A stretch of DNA of 32,400 bases, taken from assembly GCA_017452405.1 (NCBI GenBank), contig JAFTMM010000038.1, positions 1-32,400 on the forward strand, given 5' to 3'. This stretch comes from Clostridia bacterium. Lineage in GTDB: Bacteria; Bacillota; Clostridia; Christensenellales; Pumilibacteraceae. The translations under genes and the position numbers were made by a program. Shown in pieces: positions 6,951 through 16,130 of the stretch. Each line of letters begins with the position of its first letter. Within the stretch, counting starts at the first letter, position 1. Below the pieces are notes generated by a model. That model saw nothing but the letters and a program-made list of their open reading frames with translations, did no database searches and was not told the origin of the DNA.

Positions 6951-8708
6951 TCAGAAGCTCCAACCGAATGCGCTTGAAGTCCACATGATAATAAGGCAGT
7001 ACAGCAGTATGGAAAGCGTATCCATAATGGTGGTAATCACGGGGGTAGACATGAGCGCAGGGTCTACTTTAATCTTTTTCGCCAAGATGGGAAGCATCGC
7101 GCCTATAACCTGCGCCAAAAGCACGATGCCTATGAGCGAAAGTCCGAGAATAAGCGCAATTTTAAGAACGGCTAAATCTTGATTGATAACCGGATCCCAC
7201 CAATATATAAGCACAACTCTGACTGCGTTAGCGACTGCAAGGATAGCGGAGCAGATTAAAGCTATGCGTCCTTCTTTTAGCGTTACTTTTATAAAGTCCT
7301 TAGTGGATATTTGGTCGAGGGCGAGCGCACGGATAACCGTAGTGGACGACTGCGCTCCGCAGTTACCTGCCGTACCCATAAGCAGGGGAGTGAAGGCAAG
7401 CAGGAACGTTGTCAGCTCGGCTTCAAACGCCTGAATCATAAGACCGGTAAACGTCGAAGAAATCATCAAGAAAAGTAGCCACAAAATTCGACCTTTGGAA
7501 TGTTTCCAAGACGAAGTTTTGAGATACTCGTCCTCAATGGGCGCCATTGCCGCCATCTTAGAGAAGTCCTCTTCCGTTTCCTCTTCGATTATGTCCACGA
7601 TATCGTCAACGGTAACGATACCGACCAGCCTGTTTTCGCTGTCGCATACGGGCATGGACGTAAAGTCGTATTTTTTGAAAAGCCTTGCAACTTCTTCCTG
7701 GTCGGTGTTCGTGCGGACGATAATGACGTTGTCGTCCATTAGCTCTCCGACTTTATCTTCAGGCGAAGCAAGGAGAAGCTTGCGAAGCGTAACGATACCG
7801 AGCAATTTGCGCGCAGAATCGAGTACGAAACAGCTGTTAATGGTTTCCTTGTCTATACCTACGCGACGGATTTTTGCAATAGCTTGATTTACGGTGTCGA
7901 ACTCTTTGAGATCGACGAACTCCACCGTCATTATGCTACCTGCGCTATCCTCTGCGAATTGGAGCAGGTGGTTGACGTTGGCGCGAGTTTCGGGCTTGGC
8001 GTTTGCAAGCAGTTTTTTTACGACCATCGACGGCATTTCGTCAAGCAGGTCGGCTGCGTCGTCGGCGTACAGGTCGTCGATTATAGCGCCGGCTTCGGAA
8101 TCGGATAATCGGGTAAGCAAGCTCTGACTTACTTCGGGCGGGAGATAGACGAATACGTCCGTTGCCATATCCTTAGGGAGCAGGCGATAAATTTTAAGCA
8201 GATCTTCGGTTTTAAAATCGTCGAGAATTTCTGCGATATCTACGGGATTCAGTTCGATAAGAACGCTACGGAGCAGGGCAAGCTGTCGTGACTCCATGAG
8301 GTACTCCATAGAATCTTCGATAATTTCGCGCGCGCGGTCGTCCTTATGCGCCAACATCTTCTGAATAACGAAGGGCGGTAAGTCGATAACGGCGGCGCGG
8401 TCGTCCTTGCCGTACAACACTTCAAGTACTCTTGAGGTATGCACGCCCTGAATTTCACGCATGAAGTTCTCGTCGGGATCGTCACTCGTTTCCCTTATAA
8501 GCCTTACCGCCTCGTCTTTTTCGAGAGAAAGCAGGGCGTCCGCTCTGATTTCAGGCGGAACGAGCTTGAGAATTTCATTCATTTCGGCGTACGTGAAAGC
8601 GGAAAGCAGTTCCTTAACGCTTTCATAATCCTCTTCTTCGAGAAAGTCTATTATCTTTTTTGCGAGATCGTCGAGGCTTGGGGTAAGTTTTTCAAGAGTT
8701 TCTGCCAT
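6951..8708 (-). CDS. mgtE: Magnesium transporter MgtE with an extended N-terminus
   Basis: 585 aa. It has an MgtE_N helical region, a CBS pair (IMTVEFVDL..., MPVCDSENRLVGIVTVDDIVD) and a TM domain with GNCGAQSSTTVIRALAL. About 130 extra N-terminal residues look like a second partial copy of the MgtE_N helical repeat. GGAGGAGG lies upstream of the ATG. Confidence 0.92.
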   Translation of the reverse strand: MAETLEKLTPSLDDLAKKIIDFLEEEDYESVKELLSAFTYAEMNEILKLVPPEIRADALLSLEKDEAVRLIRETSDDPDENFMREIQGVHTSRVLEVLYGKDDRAAVIDLPPFVIQKMLAHKDDRAREIIEDSMEYLMESRQLALLRSVLIELNPVDIAEILDDFKTEDLLKIYRLLPKDMATDVFVYLPPEVSQSLLTRLSDSEAGAIIDDLYADDAADLLDEMPSMVVKKLLANAKPETRANVNHLLQFAEDSAGSIMTVEFVDLKEFDTVNQAIAKIRRVGIDKETINSCFVLDSARKLLGIVTLRKLLLASPEDKVGELMDDNVIIVRTNTDQEEVARLFKKYDFTSMPVCDSENRLVGIVTVDDIVDIIEEETEEDFSKMAAMAPIEDEYLKTSSWKHSKGRILWLLFLMISSTFTGLMIQAFEAELTTFLLAFTPLLMGTAGNCGAQSSTTVIRALALDQISTKDFIKVTLKEGRIALICSAILAVANAVRVVLIYWWDPVINQDLAVLKIALILGLSLIGIVLLAQVIGAMLPILAKKIKVDPALMSTPVITTIMDTLSILLYCLIIMWTSSAFGWSF

Positions 8709-8763
8709 ATTCCACCTCCTCCGTATCCGCTACAGGAGCGGATAAATAGTTTTCTTCGTTTAT

Positions 8764-8792
8764 ATTATACAACCCACTCACAAATTTTGCAA
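8764..8792 (-). promoter_or_regulatory. Predicted sigma-A promoter of mgtE
   Basis: On the minus strand: TTGCAA (8792..8787), 17-nt spacer, TATAAT (8769..8764). Confidence 0.55.
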
Positions 8793-8848
8793 CTTTTTTA
8801 CTAAACTTTATTTTGCTAAATAATAAAATCAATTTGACCGCAAATCGT

Positions 8849-8877
8849 TTGATTTTTGACGGCTTGTGTAGTATACT
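8849..8877 (+). promoter_or_regulatory. Predicted sigma-A promoter of the five-gene operon
   Basis: TTGATT (8849..8854), 17-nt spacer, TATACT (8872..8877). An in-frame GTG lies 7 nt downstream at 8885. Confidence 0.5.
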
Positions 8878-8884
8878 TTTACGA

Positions 8885-9997
8885 GTGAGTTTATATTCTG
8901 ACAAAGAAAGAGAGGAATTACTTTCTTTTATAGTCAAAACTCGGCGTGAGCTTCACGCTATGCCCGAATTGTCCAGCAAGGAATATCGCACGAGCGAGTA
9001 TGTTGCTGAAAAATTAAGAGGTTGGGGTGTAAGCTACAAACGCGCGCATACCGGTCTTATTGCCGAAATCGAGGGTACAAACCCCGAAGTTGTGGCTCTC
9101 CGCGCTGACTTTGACGCGCTCCCCATTGTTGAAAACACGGGTTTACCTTTTGCTTCTACCAACGGAAACATGCACGCTTGCGGTCACGACGGGCATACGG
9201 CGATGCTTCTCGGCGCAACTAAGTTTTTGACCGAGCATAAACCTAAGTATACCACCAGGCTTATATTCCAATTCGGCGAAGAGGGGGATGGCGGTGCAAC
9301 CACCATGATAGACGGCGGAGCACTCGACGGCGTTAACGCAATATACGCTCTTCACCTTTGTCCCGAACTTCAAAAAGGCAAGGTGGGAACGAGGGTAGGC
9401 GCGTTGTTTGCCGGCGTAGTGGAGTTTGACGTTGAGTTCGTCGGAAAGAGCGCGCACGCCGCCACCAAGAGCGAAGGTAACGACGCGGTAGCTTCCGCCT
9501 GTGAGTTCGTCACTTTGTTAGACTTATGCCGTCACGGCGACGAGAATATGCTCCTTCACGCAGGAGTGATTAAAGGCGGTCAGGCAAGAAATATCGTAGC
9601 CTCCGCTTGCGACGTTGAATGTACTTTCCGTTTCTTTGACGTAAAGCAAAGCCAAACGGTGCTTGCCGAGATAGGAGAGCTGGTAAATACTATCGGCAAA
9701 AAGTACGGAGCGACGGGCAGAGTAACCGTAAAATGTATATATCCGCCCCTCATCAATCACGGTTCGGCGGTAAATAAGCTCAGAGCTATGACGGACGTTG
9801 TGGAAATGCCGGCGCGCTTCACGGCAGAGGACTTTGCGTACTATCTTGAAAAGGTTGAGGGCGCGATGGCGTGGTTAGGCGTTCGTGACGAAGAGCACGT
9901 TTTCCCTCTTCACAGTGATAGATTTGATTTTGACGAAAGCGTTCTCATTACGGGAACGGAATTATTTATAAAACTTGCTAATGCAGGAGTGATCTAA
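8885..9997 (+). CDS. M20-family amidohydrolase (N-acyl-L-amino acid amidohydrolase / hippurate hydrolase type)
   Basis: RRELHAMPELSSKEYRTSEYVAEKL, ALRADFDALP and MHACGHDGH are hallmarks of the M20D family. The start is uncertain. The track ORF begins at 8813, upstream of the predicted promoter. I prefer GTG 8885, which has no SD and sits 7 nt after the -10 hexamer. Confidence 0.85.
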   Translation: MSLYSDKEREELLSFIVKTRRELHAMPELSSKEYRTSEYVAEKLRGWGVSYKRAHTGLIAEIEGTNPEVVALRADFDALPIVENTGLPFASTNGNMHACGHDGHTAMLLGATKFLTEHKPKYTTRLIFQFGEEGDGGATTMIDGGALDGVNAIYALHLCPELQKGKVGTRVGALFAGVVEFDVEFVGKSAHAATKSEGNDAVASACEFVTLLDLCRHGDENMLLHAGVIKGGQARNIVASACDVECTFRFFDVKQSQTVLAEIGELVNTIGKKYGATGRVTVKCIYPPLINHGSAVNKLRAMTDVVEMPARFTAEDFAYYLEKVEGAMAWLGVRDEEHVFPLHSDRFDFDESVLITGTELFIKLANAGVI

Positions 9998-11241
9998 TGG
10001 CAGATAACGTAACAATAAAAGGTTTAGGCGCAAAAGCCAAACGCCGTGACGAATTTTCGACTACCGCAATTGAAGGTAGCGCTTGGTCTACGTTTAAAAA
10101 AGCATGGTCGGGCGTTAAAATTTCCAGAATATTTATAGTTGCAATCATTTGCGCGCTTTTCTGCGCCCCCGCAGTCGTATGGGTTATGATGTTTTTGCAG
10201 TACTTTACCAAAGCCATTGGCACGTCGTTTAACTACGGTTTATTTGACGGCTTGGGCTACGCCGGAGCAGGCGCGCTCACGAGTGGCATGAATACTGCGG
10301 AGATATTGGGCGCGGTAAGATACTATGAATACGCCGTTCTTCAATACGCAGTACTAATTCCTTGTATAGCGCTCGGCGCGATCGGTATCGGCGGACTCGT
10401 GACTTTGGCGCGTAAATCCATGTTTGAAGCTGCAGATAAACCCATTCGTATCTTCTTTGAGGGCGTTAAGCAGTCCTGGCTCCCTGCGATTATCGGCGGT
10501 ACTCTCGTTTCCGCTTGCATTTTCCTCGTAGTATTCTGCGCGCACGTCTTTACGGCGTACGGTCTGGGGCTGGGCGGTATGATAGTGACTATGATATTGT
10601 CGATCATACTTCTCGTTTTTGCAAGCATATACGCGTTTTATCTTCTTACTTTGAACGCAAACTATAAAATGCCTCTCGGCAGTCTGCTCAAAGACGCATT
10701 TATTCTTACCTTTAAGCGTTTCGTGTCTAATATAATCACCGCGCTTATGGTTTCGCTTATTATAGGACTTGCGTTTATGCTTACCGTTGGACTCGGTTCG
10801 TCCGGTTTTGATATGGTAGCCTGGTCGTTCCTGTTTATGTTCGGGTTCTACGCTATCTGCGCAATTTTCGTTTCTTCCAATCAAAAGACTTTTGAAACGG
10901 TTATGAACGATGGAATCGAGGAGCGTGAAGCTAAGGCAAGGACGCAGGATGCATACGCTGCGATAAGAGCTGCGAAAGCGGCAGGCGAACGCCCTGTGAA
11001 AAAATCGCAGGCGCCTCAGAGCAAGTACGTAAACCCCAAAAAGAAAAAGAAAAGCGAAAGCGCGAAAGACGAACTCGCAAAGGAAAAGATAGATCCTTTC
11101 AAGATCGAGCCTATCCGCGCAAAGGGCGGTTATACGGCTGAAGAACTTGCCAAGATCGAAGAGGATAAGCAGAAAATACTTGCGGAAGAAAATAAAGTTA
11201 CGATTGAAGACCTTTCCGCATATACTGATGATGACGAATAA
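9997..11241 (+). CDS. Hypothetical polytopic membrane protein with a long Lys/Glu-rich cytoplasmic tail
   Basis: 414 aa with about 6-7 hydrophobic segments, then a roughly 110-aa charged tail (KKSQAPQSKYVNPKKKKKSESAKDELAKEK...YTDDDE). The start overlaps the upstream stop (TAATG). Loosely reminiscent of YesL/DUF624-type proteins, but I cannot verify that. Confidence 0.7.
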   Translation: MADNVTIKGLGAKAKRRDEFSTTAIEGSAWSTFKKAWSGVKISRIFIVAIICALFCAPAVVWVMMFLQYFTKAIGTSFNYGLFDGLGYAGAGALTSGMNTAEILGAVRYYEYAVLQYAVLIPCIALGAIGIGGLVTLARKSMFEAADKPIRIFFEGVKQSWLPAIIGGTLVSACIFLVVFCAHVFTAYGLGLGGMIVTMILSIILLVFASIYAFYLLTLNANYKMPLGSLLKDAFILTFKRFVSNIITALMVSLIIGLAFMLTVGLGSSGFDMVAWSFLFMFGFYAICAIFVSSNQKTFETVMNDGIEEREAKARTQDAYAAIRAAKAAGERPVKKSQAPQSKYVNPKKKKKSESAKDELAKEKIDPFKIEPIRAKGGYTAEELAKIEEDKQKILAEENKVTIEDLSAYTDDDE

Positions 11242-12860
11242 TGATTCTTGAGTTCAAACAATCAGATAATTTTTATATAAAACAATCCGAAGCGTTCGGA
11301 CGAAGGGGCGATTTTTATAAGTCGCTCCTTTATGCGCGTAGAGCGGTTTATTTAGGCAATTCAGGCGGGGAAGAACGCCTTGCTGACGCGTTACTTGAAA
11401 GCGGTAATCTGTCTCAGGCGTGCAAAGAATACCTAAAATTATATCGCGCGGGCAGAAAGTCCACCAAAGTATATGCTGGACTTATCAAAAGCCTTACCGC
11501 TATGTCGCGCTACGCTTCCGCTACGCGTTTTATTTCCGAGGCAACGGACGAGTATTATCTTCCCGAATTCGGTGAAGATTCTTATTCGGGCGTGGATAAC
11601 GTAAAAAAATACGTCAAGCATTTATATGAAACGTATCCCTATCCAAAAGCAGACGAATCGTTTGGAATGTTATACGCTATCGGGCGTGGTGACGCGCTTC
11701 GCGACAGAACGTATATGGCGGATATGTGTCCGCAGAACGAAATGCCAGAGCCTGCTTTTTTATACAATACCATAAGCGTAGTAACGCCCGACCGTATGGA
11801 TAAAAAGCACGCCGAAGCGTTCCTGAAAATGGCAACGGCAACGTACGCCGAGGAGGAACGTCCCACCGCTATTCTTGCAACGGCGGTAGTTGCGTTACTT
11901 GCGCTCGGCACCAAGGCGGAAGCAGAGGACGTAGCAGACGAGCTTGCTTCACTCGTTCTGCCTGAAGATCCCGTCGAGCTTGCTAAATGCGCAATAGCAA
12001 TGCTTAGTTTGCGCGACTACGAATCGGCAATAGATTATTTGGAAGAACTGCTGACAATTTGCTTTGAATTTCGGCTTGTTACCGTTACCGCAATAGCGCA
12101 TATGAACGCAGGGAACGTAAAGCGTGCGCAGGAGCTTTTCGGCGCGGTGCTGAATATCGAGCCTGAAAACTACGTCGCGCGGTATTGGATAGGTCGTCTT
12201 AATAAAGGCGAAACCCCTTATCACAAGTTGGGCGAAACGTTGCCGAGAGAGGAAATCGTTCGCCTTAAAACGCTGATCGGGGAAGCGCTACTCGGCGTTG
12301 ACGTTGACGAGAAGCAAAGTAAACGCGCCGTTCGCTATTTCTTGGGCAAAACCGACGAATACGCCACGACGTTAGCGCGTAGACTAGCCGAAACGGGTTT
12401 ATATCCAGACGTATTGGAGGATGAATTATGTTCGCCCGAACACGGACTTGAGTTCGTGCGAGACGCTGTGAGCGAACTGCTCTGCAAAGAGCATAACAGC
12501 CGTCCCTCATTCTTTTTGCAAGGGCTGTTTAGTATGCGCCTTCGTTTTCAGCCTCAGATGGGAAACGAAAACGTTACGCGCGCCTTCGTGTTTGCGCAGG
12601 TAACGATGAACTTACTCGGCTTCAACAAGCAAAAAGAACTTGACTTGCTTTACGGGAAAGCGCTCGGCATAATTTCAAGTAAAGACCTTATAGGCGAAAC
12701 GAACGTACAATCGGTAGCGGCTGCGGTGTTGTCCGCCGTAAGCCTTGACGAGAACCTTAATGCTAAGACCGCTTCCGCGTTGTTTGCGTTCGCAGACGAG
12801 GAGAGGTCGGACGAGTTTTATAATCTTCTTACCGGCAAGTCCGAAGGAGGCAAATTATGA
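11241..12860 (+). CDS. Hypothetical TPR-like repeat protein
   Basis: 539 aa, all-helical, with TPR-like segments (AIAMLSLRDYESAIDYLEELL; HMNAGNVKRAQELFGAVLNIEPENYVARYWIG). The start overlaps the upstream stop (TAATG). Confidence 0.7.
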   Translation: MILEFKQSDNFYIKQSEAFGRRGDFYKSLLYARRAVYLGNSGGEERLADALLESGNLSQACKEYLKLYRAGRKSTKVYAGLIKSLTAMSRYASATRFISEATDEYYLPEFGEDSYSGVDNVKKYVKHLYETYPYPKADESFGMLYAIGRGDALRDRTYMADMCPQNEMPEPAFLYNTISVVTPDRMDKKHAEAFLKMATATYAEEERPTAILATAVVALLALGTKAEAEDVADELASLVLPEDPVELAKCAIAMLSLRDYESAIDYLEELLTICFEFRLVTVTAIAHMNAGNVKRAQELFGAVLNIEPENYVARYWIGRLNKGETPYHKLGETLPREEIVRLKTLIGEALLGVDVDEKQSKRAVRYFLGKTDEYATTLARRLAETGLYPDVLEDELCSPEHGLEFVRDAVSELLCKEHNSRPSFFLQGLFSMRLRFQPQMGNENVTRAFVFAQVTMNLLGFNKQKELDLLYGKALGIISSKDLIGETNVQSVAAAVLSAVSLDENLNAKTASALFAFADEERSDEFYNLLTGKSEGGKL

Positions 12861-13648
12861 ACATAGAAAAGCTTTTTGAAAAGGAACTTCGCGCGTATTT
12901 TACGTCCCACCGCGGAATATCTGCGGACAAGCTGGACGACGTTACGCAAAAGTTATACGAAAAATGGTCGGACACGCCTTGCGCAGAACTCGGCGGTAAG
13001 ACGCCGAGACAGTACGTCGAGAGTATCGACGACGTAAAAACGCTGGTGTCGCTTGCTCTTGAAAGCGTAAGAGGAGGGGGAGAGCCTGCGCCTTTATACG
13101 TCGAGCGCATTTCCCGAATGCCTCACGCCTCTATCGAATTAAAGGAAATTCTACTGTCGAGTGAGAAAGAAAGCGTACGAATAGTAGCGTCGGAACTGTT
13201 GGATAGAATAGGCGATACTCCCGTTTCCGACTACGTTGAAATAGTGTTCGATCCCGACACTCCTACCGATCTTCGTGAAACGCTGATCAGCCGTCTGGAA
13301 GGTGAGGACGGATTAGCGGAAATTCTCATTCCGAGAATAAGTGAAACGGAGGGTGGAGCAAAGTTTATTCTTGCCGAACTTCTTGCGCGAAGTGGCGAAG
13401 TAGACGAGCGAATTTACGAACTTCTTATTGGACTGCTTGACGAAAAGGGCGCGGTAGCCTACGTCAGCCAGCTCTTGTCCGCTTACGGCGATCCGCGCGC
13501 GATTGAAAAGCTGTCTATGATAGCCGAAACGTGCGACTACGCCGACTATATTGACATTAGAAACGCCGTGGAAGCGCTCGGCGGAGAGCTTGCACTCCGA
13601 TTAAGCTGGGATAACGACGCGTCGTATAAAAAAATAAAAGGCGAGTAA
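12857..13648 (+). CDS. Hypothetical HEAT/PBS-lyase-like repeat protein
   Basis: 263 aa, acidic and helical, with a HEAT_PBS-like motif (YGDPRAIEKL). ATGA start/stop overlap with the upstream gene. Confidence 0.68.
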   Translation: MNIEKLFEKELRAYFTSHRGISADKLDDVTQKLYEKWSDTPCAELGGKTPRQYVESIDDVKTLVSLALESVRGGGEPAPLYVERISRMPHASIELKEILLSSEKESVRIVASELLDRIGDTPVSDYVEIVFDPDTPTDLRETLISRLEGEDGLAEILIPRISETEGGAKFILAELLARSGEVDERIYELLIGLLDEKGAVAYVSQLLSAYGDPRAIEKLSMIAETCDYADYIDIRNAVEALGGELALRLSWDNDASYKKIKGE

Positions 13649-13667
13649 AATTAAATCGGAGGAAGTA

Positions 13668-14411
13668 ATGGAATACAAACTCATTACGCTCAAAGACGTC
13701 AAAGCAAACGAGGAATTTAAAGCTCTTATCGAACGTCAGAGCTCATATCTGGAAGAACTCGGTTATACCGAACACGGTCTTCGCCATTCGGGTTACGTTT
13801 CGGTTGCAACGGCCAACATACTTAAAGAACTCGGCTATGACAGTCGCATGATCGAACTCGGCAGAATAACGGGCTGGATACACGACGTCGGCAACACGCT
13901 CAATCGCAAGTACCACGGGCTTACGGGTGGCGTTTTAGCGTATAACGTACTCGTTAGAATGGGCATGGATCCCAAAGAAGCCATAATGATAAGCAACGCA
14001 ATCGGCAACCATGAAGAAAACGTAGGCGTTGCGTCCACTCCTCTTGCCGCGGCTCTTCAACTTGCCGATAAATCGGACGCTCATCGTTCCCGCGTAAATA
14101 AGGGCGGTTACGACGAACACGATATTCACGATAGAGTAAACATGTCGATTAGAAAGAATTACCTCGTCGTGGATAAGGAGAAACAGATTATCCGCCTCGT
14201 GCTCATAATGAAAGCGACGAGCGCGCCTATGGAATATCTTCAGATATACCTTCCCAGAATGGTAATGTGTGAAAAAGCGGCGACCTTTCTCGGCTACACC
14301 TTCGAACTCGTTATCAACGGCGTGCTTATAAACCACCACCGTAGAGCTAGCGCGGTAAACATAAAACTTCGTTCTTCGGAAACGGAGGTTACTTCGGACA
14401 CGGAAGACTGA
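13668..14411 (+). CDS. HD-domain metal-dependent phosphohydrolase
   Basis: 247 aa with H...HD metal-binding signatures (TEHGLRHSGYV; GWIHDVGN; AIGNHEE; LADKSD). GGAGG lies upstream of the ATG. Confidence 0.8.
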   Translation: MEYKLITLKDVKANEEFKALIERQSSYLEELGYTEHGLRHSGYVSVATANILKELGYDSRMIELGRITGWIHDVGNTLNRKYHGLTGGVLAYNVLVRMGMDPKEAIMISNAIGNHEENVGVASTPLAAALQLADKSDAHRSRVNKGGYDEHDIHDRVNMSIRKNYLVVDKEKQIIRLVLIMKATSAPMEYLQIYLPRMVMCEKAATFLGYTFELVINGVLINHHRRASAVNIKLRSSETEVTSDTED

Positions 14412-14417
14412 AATAAA

Positions 14418-14450
14418 ACACGCTAAGGGTGCGACTTGGCGTGTTTTTTG
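14418..14450 (+). terminator. Rho-independent terminator ending the five-gene operon
   Basis: Stem ACACGC/GCGTGT (14418..14423 and 14439..14444) followed by TTTTT. Confidence 0.7.
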
Positions 14451-14524
14451 ATAAAATCGTGCGATTTTATTCTTATCGCTATTTCTCTTTCATACTAATT
14501 TAACTAAGTTACGATAATATTAGC

Positions 14525-14553
14525 TTGCGAAATAAAATCAAGTATGATAAAAT
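14525..14553 (+). promoter_or_regulatory. Predicted sigma-A promoter of holA (extended -10)
   Basis: TTGCGA (14525..14530), 17-nt spacer ending in TGa, TAAAAT (14548..14553). The ATG lies 6 nt downstream with no SD. Confidence 0.6.
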
Positions 14554-14559
14554 AACCGT

Positions 14560-15531
14560 ATGAAGTTTGCGGAACTAAAAAAACGCGTGCTTGGAGGTGA
14601 AATCAAGCCGTTTTATCAGCTCACGGGTGACGACGAGTATCTCAAATCGTCTGCGCGGAAAATCCTCGCAGGCAGAATTTTTATGCCCGAACTGAACGTG
14701 GTAAGTTTGGAAAACCCCACGTCAAGTCAGCTCCGTGACGCTCTTTCCGCTATGCCCATGATGAGCGACAGAAGACTCGTTATAGTGGATAATATTTCCG
14801 AAGTGTCTGCCGTTCAGGATTTGGAATGGGGAAGTACGATATTGCTTTTGACGCACCAAGCTACCAAAAAGAAGACAAAGCCCACGAAAGCTTCAAAGTC
14901 GCAAACTAACGAGGATGCAGTCGGTGCGTTTCTTGTAAGAGCCGAAGAGGTAGACTGCTCGCCCATGGACGAGTCGATTATCTTTAATTGGCTGGCTGTG
15001 GAAGCAAAGAAGAACGAAGTTACTATCGACGTGGAGTCTGCGCGCCTTCTCTGTGAATATTGTCGCAATTATATGTCAAGAATATCGACGGAGTTTGCTA
15101 AACTTGCTTCTTACCGCATGGGCGGAGTGATAACGGTAGAGGACGTGAAGAAATTAGTAACGCCGGATACCGAATACGCCGTATGGCAACTGTCGGGAGC
15201 GATAGCGTCGGGTAACGGCAAAAAAGCTATGGAGATTTACGGCGGTATGAACGAGGATGCAAAAAAGCCCGAAGTCCTCTTAGCAAACCTTCAAAGTCAC
15301 TTTCGCAAGCTGTTTTATTCTCTCACCGAAGCTGAAGAAAAATTGACCAAAAACCTTATGCGCTCAAACGCCTTGTTTGCCGTTAAACGTGAAGCCAAGC
15401 GTTTCGGCGCGTCGCGTCTGGCAGGTATTCTCCGTAGCCTCGGACAGACGGACGAAGACGTTAAGTCGAGCGTACTGCCCAGAGAAGTGGCAAGTGAAAC
15501 GATGATTTCACGCATATTATCCGAAGTTTAG
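14560..15531 (+). CDS. holA: DNA polymerase III subunit delta
   Basis: 323 aa. The N-terminus KPFYQLTGDDEYLKSSARKIL and the overall length and architecture fit HolA. Confidence 0.82.
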   Translation: MKFAELKKRVLGGEIKPFYQLTGDDEYLKSSARKILAGRIFMPELNVVSLENPTSSQLRDALSAMPMMSDRRLVIVDNISEVSAVQDLEWGSTILLLTHQATKKKTKPTKASKSQTNEDAVGAFLVRAEEVDCSPMDESIIFNWLAVEAKKNEVTIDVESARLLCEYCRNYMSRISTEFAKLASYRMGGVITVEDVKKLVTPDTEYAVWQLSGAIASGNGKKAMEIYGGMNEDAKKPEVLLANLQSHFRKLFYSLTEAEEKLTKNLMRSNALFAVKREAKRFGASRLAGILRSLGQTDEDVKSSVLPREVASETMISRILSEV

Positions 15532-15535
15532 TTTT

Positions 15536-16126
15536 ATGGAATATTTGAGTTTAAAAAAAGAAAATCCGCGTGGAATTGCCAAAATTCTGCTCATGAAAAA
15601 ATTGCCGAACACGCTCTTATACGCGCTGTTCTATTTGTTTTTGTGTTTCGGCAATTGGTTTTCAATGCGTAGAACGGTAAGCTATATAGTCTACGCCTTT
15701 AATACTAATAACACCGTTAAACTTATACTCGGCAATGAAGTTTTCGCCTTTTTGTCGGCAGGACTCGTCCCGCTTTTGCTTTATATACTTGCGCGTTTGC
15801 TTGCATTTAGCGTTTTTCGCTTTATGCCTCGAAAGGACGTTGCCGATATGGAATACGCTCTCCGCTTCTTTTACGGACTCGGCTATCTGGTATACGGCGC
15901 GTTTTCCATGATTTATTACGCCGTTCCCGTACTTTCGGTATACGGCGAAACTATAATCCGCTTCCTTATAGTAGGCGGAGCGGTTGCGCTTTACACCTTG
16001 TTTGAAGCGAAGTACCGTATGCCCAAAAGGTTCGTACCTCGTTCGGTATACGCCTTTATCGGCACGTACTGTATAATAAACGGACTGAGCGCACTTATAT
16101 TGCTATTCAGTTATATCGTGGGGTGA
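15536..16126 (+). CDS. Hypothetical integral membrane protein
   Basis: 196 aa with about 5 hydrophobic segments. It starts 4 nt after the holA stop and ends 4 nt before the next gene. Confidence 0.62.
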   Translation: MEYLSLKKENPRGIAKILLMKKLPNTLLYALFYLFLCFGNWFSMRRTVSYIVYAFNTNNTVKLILGNEVFAFLSAGLVPLLLYILARLLAFSVFRFMPRKDVADMEYALRFFYGLGYLVYGAFSMIYYAVPVLSVYGETIIRFLIVGGAVALYTLFEAKYRMPKRFVPRSVYAFIGTYCIINGLSALILLFSYIVG

Positions 16127-16130
16127 GGGT

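Noticed and set aside
11038-11060. A/G-rich run (AAAAAGAAAAAGAAAAGCGAAAG) as a possible slippery or frameshift site
   Set aside because: It simply encodes the KKKKKSES stretch of the charged tail, and the ORF continues in frame to a normal stop. There is no alternative downstream frame of any length.
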